From NCBI RefSeq assembly GCF_014672695.1, contig NZ_CP053923.1, positions 951,827 to 970,073 of the forward strand: a stretch of 18,247 nucleotides of DNA. The letters run 5' to 3'. The notes beneath the pieces are model-generated. The model saw only the letters and a program-made list of their open reading frames with translations, searched no databases and was not told the origin of the DNA. This DNA is from Defluviicoccus vanus (GTDB lineage: Bacteria; Pseudomonadota; Alphaproteobacteria; Rhodospirillales; Defluviicoccaceae). Both the position numbers and the translations under genes were made by a program. Position 1 is the stretch's first letter. Each line of letters begins with the position of its first letter. Of the stretch, positions 1 through 5,933 are shown in pieces.

Positions 1-1
1 G

Positions 2-643
2 CCGGAGTTGACTGTCCGAGCCGTAGAGCGCATCGGCGAGAACCCAGGCGCAAGGCGGGCCGGCGTCGAGCGTCCGCTCGATCATCTCCCGCGCCATCGC
101 CGGCTTGGTCTTGAATTCGACGTCGTCCGGCACGGCGGCCGTCCGGCGGCGCGTCGCATCGTCCGCCCAGTCTTTCGGCAGGTACAGCTGCCGGTCGATG
201 AGCGCGTGGCCCCAGCGGCTGGCGTAGGCGACGAAAACGCCGACCTGGCAGTTCTCGATCCGGCCGGCGGTGCCCGAGTACTGACGGCCGACACCCACCG
301 AGTGCCGGCCCTTCTTCAGGAAACCGGTCTCATCGACAACGAGCACGCCGCCCGGATCACCCAGCGCGTTCGTCACGTACCCGCGCACCAGATCGCGAAG
401 CTGGTCTGCCGACCATGAACTGCGTCCGAGCAGTGACTGGAGGCGATAGGGTGCCTCGAGGCCCGCCTGTTCGGCCAGCATCCAGCCGGTCTTGCGCGAT
501 GCCGCCGAGAACAGCCCGTCGATGAACATCCCGGCCGAACGGCGCGTCTCCGCCCGCCCCAGCGCCGGCGCGATCACCCGCCTCAACCCCTCGAGCTCCG
601 CCTTCCAATCAACAAGCGTGCCCGCCCATTCCGCCACACCCAT
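2..643 (-). CDS. IS701-family DDE transposase, N-terminal ~214 codons; the 3' part runs off the left edge of the window
   Basis: Absent from the ORF track because it leaves the window. The reverse complement from ATG 643..641 reads MGVAEWAGTLVDWKAELEGLRRVIAPALGRAETRRSAGMFIDGLFSAASRKTGWMLAEQAG...GVLVVDETGFLKKGRHSVGVGRQYSGTAGRIENCQVGVFVAYASRWGHALIDRQLYLPKDWADD...CAWVLADALYGSDSQLR, with no stop down to position 2. The layout and motifs (DETGFxKKG, QYSGTAG, ADxxYG) are typical of IS701-family transposases. The listed 8..418 + ORF is its antisense shadow. Confidence 0.88.
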   Translation of the reverse strand, partial: MGVAEWAGTLVDWKAELEGLRRVIAPALGRAETRRSAGMFIDGLFSAASRKTGWMLAEQAGLEAPYRLQSLLGRSSWSADQLRDLVRGYVTNALGDPGGVLVVDETGFLKKGRHSVGVGRQYSGTAGRIENCQVGVFVAYASRWGHALIDRQLYLPKDWADDATRRRTAAVPDDVEFKTKPAMAREMIERTLDAGPPCAWVLADALYGSDSQLR

Positions 644-770
644 CCGTCGCCCTCCCACAGCCGCAGGCAACGGAACCATATTAGAGGATAAAATGCAACT
701 GTAGTAGTAGGTTGCGTAATCCGCCGAATGGATCAAGGCTCAATGCCCGTTGACTTAGTCCCCGCGCCAG

Positions 771-810
771 CATGCGACGGAATACGCCAGGGGCTATTTC
801 GCCCTACACG
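771..810 (+). repeat. Copy A of a ~40-nt repeat (catgcgacggaatacgccaggggctatttcgccctacacg)
   Basis: Its reverse complement, cgtgtagggcgaaatagcccctggcgtattccgtcgcatg, matches 1149-1187 at about 35 of 41 aligned columns by hand alignment. It is in the same orientation as copy B (1255-1295). Confidence 0.8.
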
Positions 811-845
811 GGCTTAAACTGCGTGGTGCGTTCAATCTCCCGCAT
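804..845 (-). pseudogene. Stub of a RelE/YafQ-type toxin gene (13 codons, MREIERTTQFKPV then stop)
   Basis: The ATG at 845..843 overlaps the last 14 nt of the antitoxin gene, a typical toxin-antitoxin operon arrangement. MREIERTTQFK resembles the N-terminus of YafQ/RelE-type toxins (M.x.I.x.T.x.FKRD.K). The frame enters repeat copy A at 810 and stops at 806..804. Confidence 0.4.
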
Positions 846-1095
846 TCAGGTCCTTGAGCAGCGCGTCCACATCCTTGAAGCGCGGCAAACCGCCGCTGCG
901 CGCTTCCCGCATCGCCGCGATCGTCTCGGCGTTCGGCGCCTGCAGGTCGAAAGGCAAAGCCTTCTCCCGGGCGATCCGCGTCAGCATCAGCCGAAACGCA
1001 TCGGAGACGGTAAGACCCATTGCCTTGAGGACGGCGGCAGCTTCTTCCTTGATCTGCGCGTCGATGCGAGCGCGCACGACAGCATTTTCACTCAT
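832..1095 (-). CDS. RelB/DinJ-family type II antitoxin (87 aa)
   Basis: This is the internal start of listed ORF 832..1257: ATG 1095..1093 preceded by aaggag with a 9-nt spacer. The product, MSENAVVRARIDAQIKEEAAAVLKAMGLTVSDAFRLMLTRIAREKALPFDLQAPNAETIAAMREARSGG..., follows the DinJ pattern (RID..K..A..VL...GLT.S.A.R..L...A.E..LPF....PN). Confidence 0.85.
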   Translation of the reverse strand: MSENAVVRARIDAQIKEEAAAVLKAMGLTVSDAFRLMLTRIAREKALPFDLQAPNAETIAAMREARSGGLPRFKDVDALLKDLNAGD

Positions 1096-1148
1096 GGTGC
1101 CGATCTCCTTTGAGCTACGATGTAGCCCACCTTGGGGCACCATTCCAG

Positions 1149-1295
1149 CGTGTAGGGCCGAAAAGCCTTTGCGTATTCCGCCGCATGGCGGAGTTTGCCG
1201 CGTTACCGAGGCCGCCGATTGGAGACAGGCCTCTGAAACGTTGGGCGGCTGACACATGGGGTGGAATACGCAAAGAGGCTATTGCGCTCTCCGCG
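1149..1295. mobile_element. MITE-like 147-bp unit: inverted copies C (1149-1187) and B (1255-1295) of the ~40-nt repeat around a 67-bp core
   Basis: C reads cgtgtagggccgaaaagcctttgcgtattccgccgcatg. The reverse complement of B reads cgcggagagcgcaatagcctctttgcgtattccaccccatg, about 31 of 41 columns identical to C by hand. The core contains a small gaggcc...ggcctc stem. I found no flanking direct repeat. Confidence 0.4.
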
Positions 1296-1460
1296 AGCGG
1301 CCGTGAACCCAGTGCTGGGCGGCTCGGCCACAGTGAGATGCGGTGCCGGCGCAGGTGTCGATCGGGGCAGGCGCGGGCACCCTGGATTTCATCCGTTGGG
1401 GTGGACGGCCCCGCGGCATCTGGTGCCAAGGTTCGCTGTCAAAGTGAACAGGAGCCGTCC

Positions 1461-2471
1461 ATGACCGAGATTACCCGCATTGCGATCGACACGTCCAAGT
1501 CCGTCTTCACCCTGCATGGCACGGATGCCGACGGGCGGGCGGTGCTGCGACGAAATCTGCGCCGCCAGGACATGGTGCCATTCTTCGCGCGCCGACCGCC
1601 GATGGAGGTGGTGCTGGAGGCCTGCGGCGGCTCGCATCACTGGGGCCGTGTGCTGGCTGGGCTCGGCCACACGGTGCGGTTGATCCCGCCGCAATACGTC
1701 AAACCCTTCGTCAAGCGCGGCAAGAACGATCGCAACGATGCCGAGGCGATCAGCGAAGCCGCGGCCCGGCCGGAGATGTGCGAGGTCGCGGTCAAGTCGG
1801 CGAGGCAGCAGGCCAACGCGATGCTGCTGTCGGTGCGCGAGCTCCTGGTGCGCCAACGCACGCAGCTGGTCAACGCGCTGCGCGGACACGCGGCCGAGTT
1901 CGGTCATGTCGGCCGCCTTGGCCGCCAAGGCGTGGCAAAGCTGCTGGCCGACGTCGCCGAGGACGCGGATCTGCCGACGCCGGCGAAGGACGCATTGGCG
2001 TTGCTGGGCGCCGAGATCGGTCGGCTGGATGCGCGGCTGGCCGAGGTCGACGCCCGGCTGGTGGCGCAACACAAACAGACGCCAACCAGCCAGATGCTGG
2101 CGGAGGTGCCGGGGATCGGGCCGATCGGCGCGCTGAGCCTGGTGCTGCGGGTCGACTTCAGCCAGTTCAAGTCGGGGCGGCATTTCGCCTCCTGGCTGGG
2201 GCTGACTCCGCGCGAGCATTCCACCGGCGGCAAGACGCGGCTGGGCGGGATCAGCCGCGCCGGCGATGAGCGGTTGCGCCAGCTGCTGGTGCTGGGAGCA
2301 ACCGCGGTGATCAGGCAGGCCAAGCCGGGAAGAGCCTCGGCTTGGCTCATCGCTTTGCTGGCAAGGCGGCCGCGCAAGCTCGCGGCGGTCGCGCTGGCCA
2401 ACAAGATGGCGCGCATCGTCTGGGCGATGATGACGCGCGGCGAGGCGTATCGCCAGCCGGCCACCGCCTGA
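1461..2471 (+). CDS. IS110-family transposase/recombinase (336 aa)
   Basis: ATG at 1461 is preceded by aggag (1450-1454), inside listed ORF 1110..2471. The N-terminal RuvC-like DEDD region shows IAIDTSKSVF, LEACGGSHHW and GKNDRNDAEAI. The C-terminal domain shows VPGIGPIGA and GLTPREHSTGGK. The element boundaries could not be determined. Confidence 0.93.
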   Translation: MTEITRIAIDTSKSVFTLHGTDADGRAVLRRNLRRQDMVPFFARRPPMEVVLEACGGSHHWGRVLAGLGHTVRLIPPQYVKPFVKRGKNDRNDAEAISEAAARPEMCEVAVKSARQQANAMLLSVRELLVRQRTQLVNALRGHAAEFGHVGRLGRQGVAKLLADVAEDADLPTPAKDALALLGAEIGRLDARLAEVDARLVAQHKQTPTSQMLAEVPGIGPIGALSLVLRVDFSQFKSGRHFASWLGLTPREHSTGGKTRLGGISRAGDERLRQLLVLGATAVIRQAKPGRASAWLIALLARRPRKLAAVALANKMARIVWAMMTRGEAYRQPATA

Positions 2472-2609
2472 CCACTCTTTGATGCCAAGGGTGCAGGGCT
2501 GAGGACGGAGAGATGCTGATCGGTCGAGCCGACGATCCACAGAACCCGGGTAGCCCGGTGGCCATCAAGGCCGCTAATCCGTTTGGGCGTGGATCGCGGA
2601 ACCCATCTG

Positions 2610-3062
2610 GGCCAGCGGACATCGTGCCGCGCAAAACAGGCCGGACACACGACTGCCATCGCACCAGATCAGATTTTCTCCCCCTCACCCCTTGCACCCA
2701 GGGGGCCGTCCACACACAGGCTACGGCTTGCTGAAGGCTAACTGCCGGGCGACCTGGCAGATGTCGAGGCATTCTTCGCCGACCCGCCACCGGACGGCGT
2801 GCATCGCTGCGAGACCACCGACGCCGACCACGGCCGGATCGAGGCTCGCCGGCATGCGGTGAGCCATGACGTCGCCTGGCTCGCGTCGGACCGCCGATAT
2901 CCCGATGAAACGGCGATGCCGGGGCTCGCCGCCGTCGCCATGGTCGAGGCGACGTTGCGGATGGTCCGACGCCTTCGCACGCTCCATCCCCTGCCAAATG
3001 CGATAGCCGTGCGCCCTACGCTAGCTTCACTTGTGCTCCGGCGCCACTTAAAATATTCCTGA
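2610..3062 (+). pseudogene. ISAs1-family (H-repeat-associated) transposase remnant: 5'-truncated, frameshifted and internally deleted
   Basis: The frame open from 2742 reads LADVEAFFADPPPDGVHRCETTDADHGRIEARRHAVSHDVAWLASDRRYPDETAMPGLAAVAMVEATLR. This follows the ISAs1 pattern (L..DV..FF.D.......DHGRIE.R...VS.D..WL........PGL.A..MVE). Upstream pieces lie in other frames: TTAIAPDQI from 2649 and YGLLKAN from 2722. A taa at 2739-2741 interrupts the frame. Both ends are approximate. Confidence 0.6.
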
Positions 3063-3172
3063 GCGCTCAGACGTGTGGGGACAAAGGCTGCTCCTGTGCC
3101 CTATCAGGGCCTAACGGACCCAGCTTCGAGAATGCGGGCTTCCTTATTAGCAAACAGTAGTTGAGGGGGGCT

Positions 3173-4255
3173 ATGTCAATTAACGGAACTGTTTTCATCT
3201 CTTACGTCAAAGAAGATGCAAAGATTGCAATGCGCATCTATCGCGATTTACGGGGAAATAAAATCGATGCGTGGATAGATAGCGAATGCCTTAAGCCTGG
3301 TAGTGACTGGAGCGCAGAAATTCAGCGCGTTATAGACGATAGCCGTTATTTCATACTTGTCGTGTCCCGCACATCAGTCTACAAGATTGGTCATTATCAA
3401 GCAGAAACCAAAGCTGCCTTAAAGAAACTTGAGCGTTTTCCGTTTGGTAACGTATTTATTATCCCGGTGCGCGTCGAAGAAGTTGAAATAAGCCATCCTG
3501 ATATAAGAAAGTTACATATCATTGACTTATTTCCCTACAAGCAGGGAATGAGAAAAATTCTGCAACATATATCCATAAATGACGACAAATTGGCAAAGCA
3601 AGGAGAAGCGCTTATCAGAAAACTCACTACCAATGGTATTTCTCCTGAGCAGGCTACGAGAGAAATTTGTTCGTTGTTAGTTTCAAACCCGAAGCTTACG
3701 CAGAGGGAAAAAGATATATGCCAGCAGCTTATGCATTGTCTAGATAAGGGGTACGCTAGAAATCAAAAGGAGATATACATACGTATCGGACTGCTTTATG
3801 CCTTGCTTGAGGGGATTAATAAAGTAATTGACTCGGCGATAGAAGGAAGTAATGGATCATCGCGGACGCAGGCCCCTGCGGGTAATACGGTCGAGCCCCA
3901 CCCTTCTGTACGTGGAGAACCACAAAGTTCTCCATCAACGGATCAAGCTTCTCCCTCACCTCTCTCTGATGTTACCCCCGAGCCGCCTAGAACTACTTCT
4001 GCTGAGGGCGAAATATTTTTGCGGAAGCCATCTCCGTCTTTTCGGCCCGCGCCTAGCTCACAGGCTCCTCGGGTTGGACACGCGCCGCGAGTTCCGCATT
4101 CAGCAGGGCCAATGCACGTTACCCCGCCTTCCTCACCGTTTGTCAACCAACTAAGCGGAGATAGCTTACAATACTCTGATTTATCGGGTTTTGGACTATC
4201 TGGGCACATTGCGGACCAAGCGGTGCGGTCGGCGGGGAGGCCACCCGCAGCCTAG
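3173..4255 (+). CDS. TIR-domain protein (360 aa as annotated): N-terminal TIR, a helical middle region of unknown function and a Pro/Ser-rich low-complexity tail
   Basis: ATG at 3173 lies 6 nt after GAGG (3163-3166). The listed ORF uses TTG at 3161. Residues 1-130 show the bacterial TIR layout: VFISYVKEDAKIAMRIYRDLRGNKIDAWIDSECLKPGSDWSAEIQRVIDDSRYFILVVS...YQAETKAALKK...VFIIPVRVEE. The tail SSRTQAPAGNTVEPHPSVRGEPQSSPSTDQASPSPLSDVTPEPP... is low complexity. GC is far below the flanks. Confidence 0.85.
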   Translation: MSINGTVFISYVKEDAKIAMRIYRDLRGNKIDAWIDSECLKPGSDWSAEIQRVIDDSRYFILVVSRTSVYKIGHYQAETKAALKKLERFPFGNVFIIPVRVEEVEISHPDIRKLHIIDLFPYKQGMRKILQHISINDDKLAKQGEALIRKLTTNGISPEQATREICSLLVSNPKLTQREKDICQQLMHCLDKGYARNQKEIYIRIGLLYALLEGINKVIDSAIEGSNGSSRTQAPAGNTVEPHPSVRGEPQSSPSTDQASPSPLSDVTPEPPRTTSAEGEIFLRKPSPSFRPAPSSQAPRVGHAPRVPHSAGPMHVTPPSSPFVNQLSGDSLQYSDLSGFGLSGHIADQAVRSAGRPPAA

Positions 4256-4347
4256 CTGAGCACGGCGCATCCAACGTCGTTGAGCATGCTATTGATAAGG
4301 GCGGACGAGCGATTGCGAGCGAAGTTGCGAACCAATCGATCCAGGCC

Positions 4348-4578
4348 TTGACCGAAAACGCAGCGCAGGTTGGCAATACTGTAGTCGAAGGCGTCGCACA
4401 TGAAACGATTACAAAGGTTGTCGGCGAAATTGCAGATAGTGCCGCCGTTACAGCTGTTGAGAAAGCGCTACATTGGTTGATTGAAAAGGTGATTTACGGA
4501 TTCATCTCTCTAATAATTTTCGTCGCGTTATACGTAGTACATCATGTTTGGGACTACATAATGTCACTCTTCGGATGA
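4348..4578 (+). CDS. Small hypothetical protein with a C-terminal transmembrane helix (76 aa from TTG), or the 3' part of a frameshifted TIR gene
   Basis: The frame is open from 4180. The first canonical start is TTG at 4348, with no visible Shine-Dalgarno and no in-frame ATG until near the end. The product has an Ala/Val/Glu-rich helical-looking stretch followed by VIYGFISLIIFVALYVVHHVW (about 4489-4548). Coding status as a separate gene is uncertain. Confidence 0.4.
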   Translation: MTENAAQVGNTVVEGVAHETITKVVGEIADSAAVTAVEKALHWLIEKVIYGFISLIIFVALYVVHHVWDYIMSLFG

Positions 4579-4617
4579 CGAAAAGATAATCGAAATGGTA
4601 ATCGCATTGACCTACCC

Positions 4618-4626
4618 CTTCCCTCC
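4618..4626. repeat. Left copy of the 9-bp target-site duplication CTTCCCTCC of the IS4-family element
   Basis: An identical 9-mer at 5922-5930 directly abuts the other inverted repeat. Confidence 0.8.
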
Positions 4627-5921
4627 CTCATCAATCCCCTCATTTAAGCTATGTTCGTCAGTTGGGCGGTGATTGGTTTGTTTTTTAGCATTTCGAGGAA
4701 CCTTTCGATCAACGGCCGGAGGCGGGGTTCGGGCATGGCCGGGATGAGGTCGTAGAGCATGCAGCCCTGGCGGAACAGGGAATGGGTTCGGCGTTTGGCG
4801 GTGTTGACCTTGAGGTGGCGGTCCATGCCGAGCGCTTCGCCGGCCTCGCCGAGCAGGGTGAGGAACAGCACGGCGAAGGCGTTGAGCAGGAGCAGGCGGT
4901 CGCGGCGCTGCGGATCGCCGATGCGCACGGCGCCGAGCCCCATGCCGAAGCGCAGATCCTTGGTGTCGCGGAAGCTGGGCTCGATGGTCCAGCGTCTGGC
5001 GTAGAGGTTGACGATTTCGCGGGCCGATGCGTCTGCCTTGCTCGTCGCCAAACACCAGGGCTCCTTCATCGCCTTGGCGTGGACACAGACGACGGCGCCG
5101 ACCGGTTGCGCGGCGGCAGTGACCGAGGCGCCGCGCAGATGGCGCGCCCGGCCGCCCTTGCCGACCCACTCGGCCGCCGCCCGGCTTTCTCCGTCGGCGG
5201 CGTCGACGCGGATGTCGCCGCGGAACCGGATGACATAGGCGAAGCCCAATTTCGTCAGATAATCGAACAGTTTGCGGTCGCCGAAGCCGCGGTCGGCGAG
5301 GATCGTCGCCGTCGTCCCCGCCGGCAACACCCCGGCAAGGCGGCCGAGACACGCATCCTCGATGGCGTTGCGCTGGCCCGCCAGTTCCGCCTTCAGCATC
5401 GTCAGCCACAACAGCGGCGTCGCCCGGCCGTGCCCGGTCACCAGATTGAGCGCCAGCGTCGCCTGCCCGTCGGCGTCGAAATCGGTCCAGTCCATGGCGA
5501 CGACGATTTCCTTGCGGCCGCCAACCGCCTCCGGAACCCATTGCCCGAACATCTCCCAGACGGAGACGCCGGCGTTGCTCAGCAGCCTGTCGACCTGTTT
5601 GACCGCATGCTTGGTCAGCAATCCCCGCGCCTGCGCCAACGCATGGCCGATCATCGAAACCGCCAGCGACGCACCGGTCATCACCCCCAGCGTGCCGTTG
5701 GCCAGCGACGCGATCCGTTTGGCGTGAACATGCCCCGCGAAAACCCCATCAAGAAACCGACGAACGTCGGTCAAACGAAACTCAGGACGCGCTACCCCGT
5801 TCACTTCCCCACCCCAACCCTCGAAACCTTCCTCTCACCCTGCATAACCGACCGCCGCCGCAAAGCTCATCCGTAGCAACCCATTGATCCGTATCAAAAC
5901 TCAAAATGAGGGGATTCCTGA
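4627..5921 (-). mobile_element. Complete IS4-family insertion sequence (1295 bp)
   Basis: Terminal inverted repeats are ctcatcaatcccctcattt (4627-4645) and the reverse complement of 5903-5921, ttcaggaatcccctcattt, matching at 16 of 19 positions. They are flanked by a perfect 9-bp direct repeat. The element carries a single transposase ORF whose stop codon lies inside the 4627-4645 repeat. Confidence 0.85.
4644..5804 (-). CDS. IS4-family DDE transposase (386 aa)
   Basis: The listed ORF contains ILADRGFGD and the Y(2)R(3)E(6)K signature in YARRWTIEPSFRDTK. It is compact and fills the IS. The overlapping + strand ORFs (4782..5876 and others) are GC-driven shadows. Confidence 0.92.
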   Translation of the reverse strand: MNGVARPEFRLTDVRRFLDGVFAGHVHAKRIASLANGTLGVMTGASLAVSMIGHALAQARGLLTKHAVKQVDRLLSNAGVSVWEMFGQWVPEAVGGRKEIVVAMDWTDFDADGQATLALNLVTGHGRATPLLWLTMLKAELAGQRNAIEDACLGRLAGVLPAGTTATILADRGFGDRKLFDYLTKLGFAYVIRFRGDIRVDAADGESRAAAEWVGKGGRARHLRGASVTAAAQPVGAVVCVHAKAMKEPWCLATSKADASAREIVNLYARRWTIEPSFRDTKDLRFGMGLGAVRIGDPQRRDRLLLLNAFAVLFLTLLGEAGEALGMDRHLKVNTAKRRTHSLFRQGCMLYDLIPAMPEPRLRPLIERFLEMLKNKPITAQLTNIA

Positions 5922-5930
5922 ACTTCCCTC
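5922..5930. repeat. Right copy of the 9-bp target-site duplication CTTCCCTCC
   Basis: See 4618-4626. It lies 3 nt from the mfd stop codon (5934-5936). Confidence 0.8.
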
Positions 5931-5933
5931 CCC

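Larger units (their letters stand above)
1..810 (-). mobile_element. IS701-family insertion sequence, partial; proposed terminus at 810
   Basis: Contains the transposase start at 643. The proposed end at 810 is inferred. A 40-nt sequence (771-810) recurs as an inverted pair at 1149-1187 and 1255-1295, and the toxin-like ORF is cut exactly at 810/811. The boundary is not proven. Confidence 0.45.

Noticed and set aside
1110-1460. The N-terminal 117-codon extension of the IS110 ORF, and the antisense ORFs 1389..2540 and 1904..2659
   Set aside because: The IS110-family N-terminus (MTEITRIAIDTSKSVF) begins at 1461 with a good RBS. The extension crosses the MITE-like repeats, and the antisense ORFs are GC artefacts.
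2513-3062. ORFs 2513..2734 (+), 2799..3062 (+), 2721..2987 (-) and 2347..2997 (-) as independent genes
   Set aside because: The + strand frames are pieces of a degraded ISAs1-family transposase read in shifted frames. The minus-strand ORFs are antisense GC artefacts.
4211-4248. Possible stimulatory stem-loops downstream of the GGGTTTT heptamer
   Set aside because: They are only 5-7 bp stems, one with a mismatch, and begin about 19 nt or more after the heptamer. That is too weak and too far to support programmed frameshifting, so the frameshift is reported as an open question and not as a recoding signal.
3852-4376. ORFs 3852..4154 (+), 3943..4209 (-) and 4143..4376 (-) overlapping the Pro/Ser-rich tail of the TIR gene
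   Set aside because: They sit in the locally GC-rich, low-complexity segment where all frames are open. They have no start context or motifs. I kept the frame continuous with the TIR domain.
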